Assembly: GCA_965224085.1 (NCBI GenBank)
Contig: CBDCYI010000005.1
Coordinates: 1-64,000, forward strand
From: Candidatus Marinacidobacterales bacterium
Lineage (GTDB): Bacteria; Acidobacteriota; Vicinamibacteria; Marinacidobacterales; SMYC01
Direction of reading: 5' to 3'
Length of the DNA stretch: 64,000 nt
Below, piece by piece: positions 40,834-51,769 of the stretch. Under the pieces are notes generated by a model that searched no databases, was not told where the DNA came from, and worked only from the letters and a program-made list of their open reading frames with translations. The position numbers and the translations under genes are program-made. Numbering within the stretch: the stretch's first letter is position 1; each line of letters begins with the position of its first letter.

Positions 40834-42222
40834 TTGAGCGGGGTATTTTTATCAGCACCGTCCGTCCGGACGCTGGCATGCATGGCGGCGGACGTATCCA
40901 TTATCGCCGGGACGCTGTGGTTGGCCATCGCCGTCCGCTTCAGTAAGCTCCTCCCGTCGTCATACGAAGGCGGGCTTGTGAAGGGTGCCGTCTTGGTGGT
41001 CACCCTGCTCCTTGCGCTTTACTACAATGAGCTCTACGGCGGCCGAGCACCCAAGAGCGTGACAGCGCTCGCCCTGCGCGTCATCAAGTCGTTTGCTGCG
41101 GGCGGTATCTTCCTCGCGCTCCTCTACTATGCAATTCCGGATCTAGCGCTCGGGCGCGGCATCTTGCTCATCCACCCGCCCTTCGCTTTTGCGGGGCTTC
41201 TAGCGTGGCGCATCAGCTACTACTGGGCCATCCAGCGGGACACTTTCGTCGAGAACGTGCTCATTCTCGGAACGGGGAGCGCCGCCGTGAGCCTTGCTCG
41301 CGAGGTGCTTCAGTACCGGAACGATGGCTATCGGGTCGTAGGATTTCTGGGTAAAGACCCCGAAGAGGTCGGGAAATCGCTCTTCAACCCCACCGTGGTG
41401 GGCACCCATGATGAGCTTCTTCCGCTCACTTTGCGGTTCAACGTTCACACGATCGTCGTTGCCCTCGAAGAGCAGCGTGGTGAGCTCCCTCTCTCGGATC
41501 TTTTGACGTGCAAATTACGTGGCGCGCGCATCGAACAGGCGGCAGAGTTCTATGAAGCCGTTACGGGTCAACTCCCCGTTCGGAACTTGCGGCCGAGCTC
41601 GTTGATCTTCTCGCCCGGCTTCCGCCGCCCGCGGTTTTTCAACAACACGCGACGTGTGCTCGAGCTCGTGGCGGCCCTAGTCGGGCTCGTGCTCGCTATC
41701 CCTTTGGTGTTGCTCGGCATGCTTTTGATCGTCCTGGAGGACGGGTTGCCGGTTCTCTTCCGGCAGGAGCGCGTGGGCGAGAACGGCAAGACCTTCGCGC
41801 TCTATAAGCTCAGGTCCATGCGGCGGGATGCGGAGAAAGCGGGCGCCGTTTGGGCTTCGGCCAACGGCGACACGCGTGTCCTCCGCGTGGGTCGATTCCT
41901 GAGAATGTCACGCATCGACGAGCTTCCCCAGCTCTACAACGTTGTGCGTGGCGATATGAGCTTCGTGGGACCCCGTCCGGAGCGGCCTTGCTTCGTCGAC
42001 GAGCTCGCGACGCTCATCCCATTTTACGGGGAGCGCCATTCCGTCAAGCCTGGCATCACGGGCTGGGCGCAGGTTCGCCACGGCTACAGCTCGAGCGTCG
42101 AGGAATCCGAGGTCAAACTGTGCCATGATCTCTATTACATCAAGAACATGAGCTTTTGGCTCGATCTCCAGATCGTTCTGGATACCCTGAAGGTCATTCT
42201 CTTCGGGCGCGGCGCGCGTTAG
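40834..42222 (+). CDS. PEP-CTERM/exosortase-associated priming sugar transferase (TIGR03013-like)
   Basis: TM N-terminus, LILGTG, FRQERVG, RIDELPQLYNV.RGDMSFVGPRPERP, VKPGITGWAQV. Confidence 0.92.
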   Translation: MSGVFLSAPSVRTLACMAADVSIIAGTLWLAIAVRFSKLLPSSYEGGLVKGAVLVVTLLLALYYNELYGGRAPKSVTALALRVIKSFAAGGIFLALLYYAIPDLALGRGILLIHPPFAFAGLLAWRISYYWAIQRDTFVENVLILGTGSAAVSLAREVLQYRNDGYRVVGFLGKDPEEVGKSLFNPTVVGTHDELLPLTLRFNVHTIVVALEEQRGELPLSDLLTCKLRGARIEQAAEFYEAVTGQLPVRNLRPSSLIFSPGFRRPRFFNNTRRVLELVAALVGLVLAIPLVLLGMLLIVLEDGLPVLFRQERVGENGKTFALYKLRSMRRDAEKAGAVWASANGDTRVLRVGRFLRMSRIDELPQLYNVVRGDMSFVGPRPERPCFVDELATLIPFYGERHSVKPGITGWAQVRHGYSSSVEESEVKLCHDLYYIKNMSFWLDLQIVLDTLKVILFGRGAR

Positions 42223-42261
42223 ACTTAAGACTCCAGCATCTTTTTCCCCGTAGGAAACGCC

Positions 42262-43584
42262 ATGCTCGACGTGTCTACTTTTTTCGACAAATTGGACTCG
42301 GGTGACGTGCCCATCGGCGTCGTCGGCCTCGGCTATGTAGGGCTGCCTTTGGCGGTCGCGCTCGCGAAGCATTTTCGCGTCATCGGTTATGACGTGTCGC
42401 CGGAGCGCATCGAGTTATTGAGACAGCATTCCGATCCGTCGCAGGAGCTGACCACCGACGAGCTCGAGAGCGTCTCCATCGCTTATACGAGTACCCCGGA
42501 GGAGCTTTCGGAGACCCCCTTCATCATCGTCGCTGTCCCCACCCCTATTGACGACAACAGGAACCCGGATTTGACGCCGCTCGAGAACGCGTCACGCGCG
42601 ATAGGGAAGCATCTCACCGAGGGTACGATCGTCGTCTACGAATCCACGGTCTATCCTGGTGTCACCGAGGAGATTTGCGGGCCGGAGCTCGAGAAGGCTT
42701 CGGGGATGCGCGCGGGGCGGGACTTTTTTCTCGGCTATTCGCCGGAGCGTATCAACCCAGGAGATCGGAAGCGCACTATCGACAAGATCGTCAAGATCGT
42801 CTCTGGCCAGACGCCTGACGTGCGCGACATCGTGGCGAAGGTCTACGAAAGCATCGTCACCGAAGGCATTCACACAGCGAGCTCCATCCGGGTCGCGGAA
42901 GCGGCCAAAGTCATCGAGAATGCACAACGCGACATCAACATCGCTTTTGTCAACGAGCTCGCGATCATCTTCGACAAGATGGCCATCGATACGCGCGATG
43001 TGCTCGAGGCAGCGGGGACTAAGTGGAATTTCCTGAAGTTTCGGCCGGGGCTCGTCGGGGGGCACTGTATCGGCGTCGATCCTTACTACCTGACGTTCAA
43101 AGCTCAGGCTCTCGGACACAGTCCGCAGACCATCTTGTCCGGGCGCCGGATCAATGACGGCATGGGGCGCTGGATTGGGCGCAAGCTCATCAAGATGCTG
43201 ATCGACGCCGATAGGAACGTCAAGAATGCCCGCGTTCTCATTTGTGGGTTGACGTTCAAAGAGAACGTCACCGACGTGCGCAATTCACGAGTCAAGGACA
43301 TCGTGGACGAGCTCCTCGACTACCATGTCGACGTGTTCGCCTACGATCCGCACGTGCCGGCGGAGACCGCCCAAAAGGAGTTTGGCGTGCGACTCGCATC
43401 CGAGGACGAGCTTCACGATTTCGATGGCGTGATCGTTGCGGTCGCCCATGACGCGTTCAAGACCCTTAGCGTGAGCGAGCTCGCCAATATGGTGCGTATC
43501 CAGCCGGCGCCTTTGCTCGATCTGAAGTGGCTCTACGACCGCTCGGAGCTCGAGGAGGCCGGCTTCCACTACTGGCGCCTCTAG
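42262..43584 (+). CDS. Nucleotide-sugar dehydrogenase (UDP-GlcNAc/GalNAc 6-DH, WbpO/TviB-like)
   Basis: GLGYVGLP, YESTVYPGVTEE, YSPERINPGD, GLVGGHCIGVDPYYL. Confidence 0.93.
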   Translation: MLDVSTFFDKLDSGDVPIGVVGLGYVGLPLAVALAKHFRVIGYDVSPERIELLRQHSDPSQELTTDELESVSIAYTSTPEELSETPFIIVAVPTPIDDNRNPDLTPLENASRAIGKHLTEGTIVVYESTVYPGVTEEICGPELEKASGMRAGRDFFLGYSPERINPGDRKRTIDKIVKIVSGQTPDVRDIVAKVYESIVTEGIHTASSIRVAEAAKVIENAQRDINIAFVNELAIIFDKMAIDTRDVLEAAGTKWNFLKFRPGLVGGHCIGVDPYYLTFKAQALGHSPQTILSGRRINDGMGRWIGRKLIKMLIDADRNVKNARVLICGLTFKENVTDVRNSRVKDIVDELLDYHVDVFAYDPHVPAETAQKEFGVRLASEDELHDFDGVIVAVAHDAFKTLSVSELANMVRIQPAPLLDLKWLYDRSELEEAGFHYWRL

Positions 43585-43587
43585 CTA

Positions 43588-44959
43588 CTAAGCCGGGGCC
43601 CGATCCTCTTTCTTGATCGAAAGCTTGTCCATCAGCTCGTAGAGCGTCGGTCGGCTGACTTGAAGGTCGGCCGCGGTGCGCGTCATGTTGCCGTTGTGCC
43701 GCGCCAAAGTACGCAGGATGAGCCCGCGCTCGAGCTCCTCACGCGCATCTCTCAGGCTCACGCTCTTGTACCCTTCGCCCTCGCCATCCGCTAGCTCCAA
43801 GTCCTCCGGGGTCAATTTGCGCCCTTCGGCCATGATGACGGCGCGCCGGATGCGGTTTTCGAGCTCGCGCACGTTTCCCGGCCAATCGTGCGTCTGCATG
43901 GCTGTAATCGCGTCCGCGCCGAATCCGACAAGGTTTTTCTTGTTCTCCGACGCACAATGCTCCAGGAACACTTTGGCGAGAATCGTGATGTCCTCACCGC
44001 GGTCTCGCAGGGGCGGCAGAGACACCCCCACGACCGCGAGTCGGTAGTACAAGTCCTCGCGAAACTGCTCCGCTTTCATCGCCCGCTTGAGGTCCGCGTT
44101 CGTTGCGGCAATGACACGGACGTCGACGTCGATCTCCTGTCGACCGCCGACGCGCTCGATGCGGTGCTCTTGCAGGAATCTGAGCAGTTTTACTTGCAAC
44201 CCGAGCGGTAGCTCCCCGACCTCGTCGAGGAACAGCGTTCCCTTATGGGCGGTCTCGATACGCCCCTGCCGGCGGGCATGCGCCCCGGTAAAGGCGCCTT
44301 TCTCGTGGCCGAAGAGCTCGCTTTCGAGCAGGTTCTCCGGGATGGCGCCGCAATTAATCGCGACGAAAGGACCCTGGGCGCGGTGGCTCAACCGGTGGAT
44401 TGCGCGCGCGACGAGCTCTTTTCCCGTCCCGCTATCGCCCCCCACGAGAACGCCGGCGTCGGAGCTCGCAACCCGGCGCACCGTCTTGAATACGCTCTGC
44501 ATGGCGGGGCAAAACCCGATGATGCCCTGGAACGAATCGTCCGAGCTGTTTCGCTGAAGCTCTCGGTTCTCTCGCTCGAGCTCGTGCACGTAAAGAGCCC
44601 GGCGCAGGACGACGTTGAGCTCGTCAATCTGGATAGGCTTGTTGAAGTAGTCGTAGGCGCCGAAGCCGATCGCGCGGAGCGCGTGCTCTCGCTGTCCCTG
44701 CCCGGTGATGACGACCACCTTCGCGCCGCCCTGCTGCTGCAGTATCTCGTCCAGAACGAGAAAGCCTTCTTCGACACCGTTCGAATCGGGCGGAAGACCC
44801 AAATCGAGCGTGACGAGCGGCATGCCATGCTCTTCGAAAAGCAGCATTGCCGAGGGCCGGTCCTCGGCTTCGAACACTTCGTAGTCTTCGGAAAGCGCCC
44901 ACTTCATCTGGGTGCGGATGTCTTCGACCATCCACGATGAGTAACTTTGGTTTGTCCAT
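43588..44959 (-). CDS. prsR: PEP-CTERM-box sigma-54 response regulator, frameshift at about 44930
   Basis: MDKPKLLIVD then IRTQMKWAL, VTLDLGLPPD, GAFTGA, WPGNVRELEN, Fis-type HTH. Confidence 0.88.
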
Positions 44960-44962
44960 CCT

Positions 44963-47081
44963 CTAACCCTGCGTCGTCGCGCGGCTCTCGGAAGGAAGCA
45001 ACACCCGGAAAGTGCTCCCCGCCCCCTGCTCGCTCTCGACCTCGATCCTTCCCCCGTGGGCCTCGACGATCTGCTTGCTGTGAAAAAGACCGATGCCGAG
45101 TCCCTGTTTTTTCGTCGTCTGGAATGGCTTGAATAGCGCGTTTTGAACGAACGCGTCGCTCATCCCGCACCCGTCGTCTTGAACGCTCAGGAGAACCCAG
45201 CCATTCTCCAGCGAGGTGCGCACCGCCACGTGCCCGTCACCGCCAACCGCCTCCTGCGCGTTCAACATCAAATTCGTCAACACCTTCTGGATCTGGTCGC
45301 GATCCAGCCAGACTTTGGGAATCTCTTCGAGCTCGTCCGACAGGCTCGCCGTCATCGAGCCGTTCAAGCCCTCGAGCGTTTCCCGCACGAGCTCGTTCAC
45401 ATCACATTCCACCGTGCTCAGCTCCATCCCTTTCGTGATCGACGACAGTCGCGCGGTCATCGAGTCGATCTTGCTCACGCTCTTCGCCATCGTCGCGAGT
45501 AGGTCCTTTCGGAAGTCCGGATTGTCGAAATGGGCCGGGAGGTTCTGGAGCGTGAGAGAAAGCCTCGAGGCGAGATTTTTCAAGTCGTGCACGAAGAAAG
45601 TCGAAAGCGTCTGGAACGCCTCCATCTCCTTCGCTCGCTGGAGCTCCTGGGTCATGCGGCGATTTGCCACGATGGCAGCCGTTTGATCCCCGAACGTCTT
45701 CAACAGCGAGAGGTCTTCGACGTTGAAAGGCTGTTTCGTAATCCGCTCGTTGAGCGACAGGAAGCCGGTCGGCTCGTCTCGGTCGCTTCCGAGCGCGACG
45801 ACGTAGCGGGCTTCGATGTGGCGGCAGAGCTCGCGCGCCGCGTCGGACATCTTGTGCCGGCCAAGATCCACCGCTTTCGCGGCGGTCGGCTCCATGAGGT
45901 CGATGAGCGCTCGGCCGCCATCGTACTCGGTCAAGATCTCCCGAGCGCGCGCTTCCGAGAGCGCGGTCGTCCCGCCGAGCGCGAGCCTGCGCTCACCGGG
46001 TTTCACGAGCCAAATCGTCACCACTGAGCATCCGAAGGTCTCCGCCACCGTTTTCGTGATCCCGGCGCATAGGGGCTCGATCTCGACGATCGAGCTCGTG
46101 TGTTTCGTGAACGTGTCCCAAACTTGCCGATAGTCGTAAGACGGGCGCTGCAGGTGCCGGTTCACGAACCGGCGCACACGTTGACGCAGTTCGCCCGACA
46201 GCAGCAGCGTCGCGAGCCCGAGGATCGCTACGAGCACGACGAAAGCGACGAGCGGTGCGCGATGCGTTCCCCCCCAAGCGTCGATGACATCGACGAGTCC
46301 GGCAACCACGAGCAAGTACGCCCCGACCACGAGAAGCGTCAACGAATTGAACAGCAGCGACTCTGACGGATAGATCTCTAGCGAGCCGGCTCGGCGCCTT
46401 ACGAAGGCCACTACGACGAGAGTGCTCCCGAGCAGCAGCGCGCTCGAGCCGAACGGAAACAGCGGTGTTTGAATCCAGGAATGAAGAAGCACCTGGCTGT
46501 GGAGAAAGAGCTCGACGCCGAAGATTACAGCGATCGCAAGCACGAGAAACTTGATTTGCCAGAGGACACTCCCCGTCGCCGAGCGGAGCGTCAGTTCCAG
46601 ATTCATCAAGACGACCACGGCAGCCAAAAGAAAAACCACGTGGACCCAAAACCCGGCGGGGCCGATGGGCACGAGCCAACTCGGGAGCGGGATTGGGGGG
46701 GTCGACCACGAGGAGCGATTGCCACCATCCGATCACGATGGCCGGGGGTATGACGAACGAGGCGACGATTCCGAGGCGCCAGCGGCGCCTTAGCTCGGTC
46801 GCATTCGCGCGCGCGAACGTCAGGCTGAACAGAATCCAGAGTCCTGGCACGAACGCCTCGGCGAGCAGCCGGTATCGATGGAGCTCGAGCGCGTCCGTCT
46901 TAGAGAACGCCTCGACGGCGAACGCACCCACGACTTCGCGCGTCGCGAGAACGAACATGCCGAGAGCGAAGGCGAGATAAGCGGGGCGGCCGCGTTCTCG
47001 CCGAAGCATCGCGAGGCCGAGCATGACCGCGACCGTGGCGGCTAGATACGCAAGCCCAGTCTCAAGGTTCAGTTTCGGCAC
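44963..47081 (-). CDS. prsK: PEP-CTERM system histidine kinase, frameshift in G7 run at 46695-46701
   Basis: TM N-terminus, YDYRQVW, GAF domain, STFFVHDLKN, HFDNPDFRKD, GLGIGLF. Adjacent to prsR. Confidence 0.88.
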
Positions 47082-47392
47082 GCCCTTCTAACCCATTTCA
47101 TCCAAGGTACTCAAACCTATCGCCGGCGCGTACGGTCGGGGGGGGGCCTTTGCCGGCTCGAGGGGTCCAGTGTCGGGATGCAGTTATTTGTATAGGCTAG
47201 GGCTATCTTTGTCAAGTTTTCCACGGCCTGACGGCCACCCCGAATGAATGAAACGCGGTGGTCTCTGGAGGTGGCACCGGCTCAACACGACGCCTGAGGG
47301 AGCTCGGTTTTGACGTCACTGCCCCCAAACGCTACACCCTGAGTTTCTTATTAGTCAAGGGTTTGCAGCGGAACTACGGTAAAATGGCCCTG

Positions 47393-48946
47393 ATGCGACG
47401 CCGTCTCTCGATCCTCATCGGCCTCGTTTTCTTGCTGATTCTTCTTCGCGGGCTTTTCCTCGTCGGCTACGAGCCCGCTCGCTCCGACAGTTATCTCTGG
47501 GGAGCGTTTCACGTGCATTCAACGCTTTCCGACGGGCTCGCGCCGCTCGAGGAGATTGCGCGCCAAGCCTGCGACGCACGCGTCGATTTTGTGTTCTTGA
47601 GCGACCACGGCGTGCCCCATCCCGAGGCGACGCTTCTGAACGAAACGGTCGGCGGCGTGCGTTTCATCGGAGGCTCGGAGGTCGGCATCCCCGAAGGCCA
47701 CCTGATCGTCTCGAATGTCGCATCCTTACCGAAATACCACCTCCCTCCCTTCCCTCCCGATGCGGCCGCGGAGGCTCGTGCGTGGGGCGGCTTCTCCGTT
47801 CTCACCTATCCGGAAGACCCGACACACCGCTGGCTCTACTGGGAAGAGGATCTCGTTCCGGACGGGATCGAGATCATCAACGTCACTTCCTATTTCCGCG
47901 CGAGCTCTCACTGGACCAAGCTCGCTTGGGCGGTGTTCTCGCTGTTCAACCGCTTCTACTACGTCAGCAGCTTCGAGCCTCCAACTTACGCGCTCGCGCG
48001 CTGGGACGCACTTCTCGAACGGGGTGACGTCTTTGCTATCTTTGCCGCGAACGCCCATGGCGGCTTTCCCCTCACCGAGGCTCTCAATCTCGGCGTCCCG
48101 TCCTACGAGACAGCCATGGGGTTCGTCGGGCTCGGGATCGAGCCGCGTTTCGCGAACGCCCCCGAGGAGGCGATCCGGCAAGGAGAGTTCTTTGCCATCG
48201 TGCGCGGCGCGGGCGAGCCGCGTCGGTTCGAGTTCACGCGATCCGGGGACGCGCTGCGCGTCGTCGTGGATGTGGACGACCTCGCGCCTCGCCTCGTGCT
48301 CAAACAAAACGGCGCTGTCGTAGCGGAGACCGAAGAAGGCGAGCTCGTGCACCGCGCGCGCGAGCCAGGCATCTATCGTGCGGAGGTCTATCTTCGCGAT
48401 CACAAGCTCCTCGATCCATTCGTCCCTTGGATCCTCTCGAATGCCATACGCGTGGACGCCGACCCCGTTGTCGCTGCTTCTCTCGGGCTCCAATGCGACG
48501 CGGTCGACGCGATCGATCTTGAGGAGCTCACGGTCGAAAAAGACGACGCCTCGACCGCGAGCCTCGAGGGCTCGATCGAGCTTTCCTACAACCTCTCGCG
48601 GGCCACCTCGGACGATATCAACCGTTGGGTCGCGCTCGCGCGCCGGAAGCCTTTCGATCTTTCGGCATATCGTGGCATCTATCTCGAGGCCGCTTCACCG
48701 GAGCCCATGCGGTATTGGCTCGAGCTGCGTGCCGGCGAGAGAAGCCACTACGCATCGTTCAAGCTCGAAGGAAACGGCGTCGACAGCGTCACGATTCCTT
48801 GGCGCCAGTTCTACGTGATGTTCGGGGGCCGTGAAGAGATACCGCTTTCGGAGATCGAGGCGCTCTTCATCACCGTGAACACGTCGAACTCCAGGACAGG
48901 GTTCTCCTCCACCCTCCGGCTTCAGAAGCTCGGCGCCTGTCGTTAG
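47393..48946 (+). CDS. Exported PHP-fold metallohydrolase with C-terminal CIA30/CBM-like domain
   Basis: N-terminal TM, HVHSTLSDG, LSDHG, GSEV..EGHL, DGIEIIN. C-terminal DLSAYRGI...VTIPWRQF. Confidence 0.75.
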   Translation: MRRRLSILIGLVFLLILLRGLFLVGYEPARSDSYLWGAFHVHSTLSDGLAPLEEIARQACDARVDFVFLSDHGVPHPEATLLNETVGGVRFIGGSEVGIPEGHLIVSNVASLPKYHLPPFPPDAAAEARAWGGFSVLTYPEDPTHRWLYWEEDLVPDGIEIINVTSYFRASSHWTKLAWAVFSLFNRFYYVSSFEPPTYALARWDALLERGDVFAIFAANAHGGFPLTEALNLGVPSYETAMGFVGLGIEPRFANAPEEAIRQGEFFAIVRGAGEPRRFEFTRSGDALRVVVDVDDLAPRLVLKQNGAVVAETEEGELVHRAREPGIYRAEVYLRDHKLLDPFVPWILSNAIRVDADPVVAASLGLQCDAVDAIDLEELTVEKDDASTASLEGSIELSYNLSRATSDDINRWVALARRKPFDLSAYRGIYLEAASPEPMRYWLELRAGERSHYASFKLEGNGVDSVTIPWRQFYVMFGGREEIPLSEIEALFITVNTSNSRTGFSSTLRLQKLGACR

Positions 48947-48966
48947 CGGCTGGAGTGTCAGGACCT

Positions 48967-49395
48967 TCACGACTCGTCCGCAAGGGCTTCGTGCATCTTG
49001 GTCAGGAGATCGTGCGCGTGGTCTTCGGTAAGCTCGGACCGGTTCCACTGAAATTTCAAGCCATCGCCCGCGACGCGCGGGATGATGTGAAAGTGCACGT
49101 GGAAGATCGCCTGCCCTGCCTCACTGCCATTGTTCTGGAGAACATTATAGGCCGAAGCGCCGGTGGCCCGCATTACCGCCCGGCACAGTCGTGGAAGCAC
49201 GCGTCCGAGCGCAGCCGACGCGTCGTCGGAGAGCTCATGCAAATGCGCTATCGATTTTTTCGGCACGACGAGTGTATGGCCGTGGCTCTGAGGGCTTACA
49301 TCGAGAAAGGCGTAGACGTGGTCGTCTTCGTAGACCTTGTAGCTCGGGATTTCCCCACGGATGATCTTGTCGAATAGCGTCGACGCGTCGCTCAT
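48967..49395 (-). CDS. HIT family protein
   Basis: FDKIIRGEIP, GHTLVVPK, AGQAIFHVHFHIIPR. Confidence 0.95.
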   Translation of the reverse strand: MSDASTLFDKIIRGEIPSYKVYEDDHVYAFLDVSPQSHGHTLVVPKKSIAHLHELSDDASAALGRVLPRLCRAVMRATGASAYNVLQNNGSEAGQAIFHVHFHIIPRVAGDGLKFQWNRSELTEDHAHDLLTKMHEALADES

Positions 49396-49631
49396 GGACG
49401 GAGAATTTATCGCCTTTCCGGCGCCACCTCAAGCCCAGATTTCTCTGCTCCTCGATCGAGTCACCTACGAAAGGAATAGCCCCGGGATGTTTCCTCTCCG
49501 TTTTTTCGTCTGTACCTTTCCAAGGGAGGCGCAGATGGGCCACGATCACCGGTTGAAAGAGCTGCTGCAGCTCTTCCCGGGACTTTCTGGACGGCTCCTC
49601 ACAGAGCGACTGTCGAGCTAGAATAGTCGCC

Positions 49632-50639
49632 GTGCGCCGTTATCAGTTTTCGTCCTTTGGACTCGACCAGCTGAAAGCCACCGAGAGCGAGCCCCCGGCA
49701 CCCGGGCCTGGCGAAGTCGCGATCGACGTCCGTGCGCTCAGCTTGAACTATCGCGACTTGCTCGTCATCAAAGGTCTCTACAATCCTAGGCTCGCTTTGC
49801 CGGCGGTGCCCGTGAGCGACGGTGCCGGCGTCGTGGCTTCTGTTGGGGAAGGCGTTACGGACGTTCGCCAAGGGGATCGCGTCATGACGCAATTCGTCGC
49901 GGACTGGACGAAAGGTCCTTTCGAGGCGCGCCACGCGGGCTCGACGCTCGGCACCCCCGGTCCGGGCCTCGCGGCGGAGCGCGTCGTGTTGCCGGAGCGC
50001 GCGGTGGTTCCGATGCCCGACGGCTACGATTTCGCGCAAGCTTCGACGTTTCCGATCGCGGCGCTCACGGCGTGGAGCGTGCTCGTCACCGAAGGCAAGA
50101 TTCAAGAAGGCCAGTGGGCGCTCACGCTCGGAACGGGCGGCGTTTCGATCTTTGCCGTTCAGCTCGCGAAGGCCCTCGGCGCCAACGTCATCATCACTTC
50201 GTCGAGCGATGACAAGCTCGCGCGCGCAAAGGAGCTCGGCGCCGATCACGGTATTAATTACAACGACAACCCGCGGTGGGACAAAGAGGTGCTCGAGATC
50301 ACCGGGGGCCGAGGCGCGGACGTCGTGGTCGAGACGGCGGGCATCGCGACAATGACCACGTCCATGAAGGCAACGGCCGCCGGGGGCCTCATTGGTGTTC
50401 TCGGAGGCGTCACGGGTCTCTCCGGGGAGATCCAAATTGCACCGCTTGTCATGAAGCGTCTGCGCGTCACAGGCGTTCTCGTGGATTCTCGAGCGCATTT
50501 CGAAGAGCTCGCGGTTTTTCTCGGCAAGCATTCGTTGGCACCCGTGATCGATCGGAAATTCGAATTCGGCGAGCTACCCGCAGCGCTTCAGCACATGGAG
50601 TCGGGCGGACACTTTGGGAAGATCGTGGTCGAGATTTAG
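49632..50639 (+). CDS. NAD(P)-dependent MDR alcohol dehydrogenase/oxidoreductase
   Basis: SLNYRDL, PVSDGAG, GTGGVSIFA, HFGKIV. Confidence 0.92.
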   Translation: MRRYQFSSFGLDQLKATESEPPAPGPGEVAIDVRALSLNYRDLLVIKGLYNPRLALPAVPVSDGAGVVASVGEGVTDVRQGDRVMTQFVADWTKGPFEARHAGSTLGTPGPGLAAERVVLPERAVVPMPDGYDFAQASTFPIAALTAWSVLVTEGKIQEGQWALTLGTGGVSIFAVQLAKALGANVIITSSSDDKLARAKELGADHGINYNDNPRWDKEVLEITGGRGADVVVETAGIATMTTSMKATAAGGLIGVLGGVTGLSGEIQIAPLVMKRLRVTGVLVDSRAHFEELAVFLGKHSLAPVIDRKFEFGELPAALQHMESGGHFGKIVVEI

Positions 50640-51352
50640 CTATCGGCTATCAGCTGCCCGCTATCCCGAATATTGAGTCTTCGGCGGCAGTAGAATATAG
50701 CGGCGTAGAAGATCGGCGTGTCCAGAAGGGCGAAGATCCATTTGAATATCACGCCGTTCATGAAGAGCTCGGGGAAGCGTTCCCACGTGATGCCCGGGGT
50801 CCCCAGAGCCGCCAGGAGGCCGTTCACCAGAGCCGTATCCACGACTTGAGAAGCAATCGTGCTCGCGTTGTTGCGGAGCCACAAGTGCTTTCCTTTCGTG
50901 AGACGTTTCCAGAAGTGGAAAAGGCGGATGTCGAGGTACTGCGCGCCCAGATAGGCCACCATCGAGGCGCTCACGCCTGCCCATTGAAGGCCGAAGACTT
51001 TCGAGAACACCGCGTCGTCGACAGGACTCCACGAGGTCGCTTCGACGAGCGACGAGACGAACACAAGGCCCAGGACGAAGAGGCTAGCGACCAGGCCGCT
51101 CGTTACAACACGGTCCGCACGCTCTTTGCCGTAGATCTCGGAGAGGATGTCTGTCACGAGAAAGGTGACCGGGTACGCAAGAATCCCTACCGACTGTTGA
51201 AAGATCAGTGGCTCACCAAACCAAGGGATCTCCCACGTAAAAAACTTTTGGAAGATCAGATTGCAGGCGACGAGCGCGGCGATAAATATCGCGGCGAGGA
51301 TGAGGTAGAGCTGCTCGTAGGCGGCGCTCGTTTTTGGGTCGGGCAGACTCAC
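50636..51352 (-). CDS. Queuosine precursor transporter (YhhQ/Vut_1)
   Basis: YPVTFLVTDILSEIYG, ASMVAYLGAQYLD, LWLRNNAST..SQVVDT. Confidence 0.92.
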   Translation of the reverse strand: MSLPDPKTSAAYEQLYLILAAIFIAALVACNLIFQKFFTWEIPWFGEPLIFQQSVGILAYPVTFLVTDILSEIYGKERADRVVTSGLVASLFVLGLVFVSSLVEATSWSPVDDAVFSKVFGLQWAGVSASMVAYLGAQYLDIRLFHFWKRLTKGKHLWLRNNASTIASQVVDTALVNGLLAALGTPGITWERFPELFMNGVIFKWIFALLDTPIFYAAIFYCRRRLNIRDSGQLIADS

Positions 51353-51727
51353 GTGAAGGCGGCTTCCGTCTCCTTGTTCAGCAAGATCCAGAGGCCGTAG
51401 AGCCCTAGCGCCGTACCGAACGGAAAGTTCAACAAGTTGAGTGCCGAGAGGATCAAACCGCCGATGCGGGCCCAGCTCTTGAACTTGACGAGCCCGATAC
51501 CGACAACGAGGCCGGGAATCGACATAACGGCGATGATGCTGAAGAGTACGACGGCCAGGCCACCGAGGATCGGCACGGCGACCGCGGCGTCGGGCTCTTG
51601 ATCCGAGACCATGCTTGCGATCCCGGCGGCGCCACCGAGAAGCACGAGCATAGCCACGGCAGCGACGAGCCCGATCGCGCTAAAAAGCAATGTAGAGCAC
51701 ACCGAGTATAGAGACATGCTGTTTCAT
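51349..51727 (-). CDS. Hypothetical membrane protein, frameshift in A5 run at about 51684
   Basis: AGGAG RBS + MKQHVSILGVLYIAF joins ORF 51349..51717 (SAIGLV...WARIGG...FPFGTALGLYGLWIL). Confidence 0.75.
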
Positions 51728-51769
51728 CGATCACGCTCCTAAAACCAGAAAATATCAGAATTGATTCCC

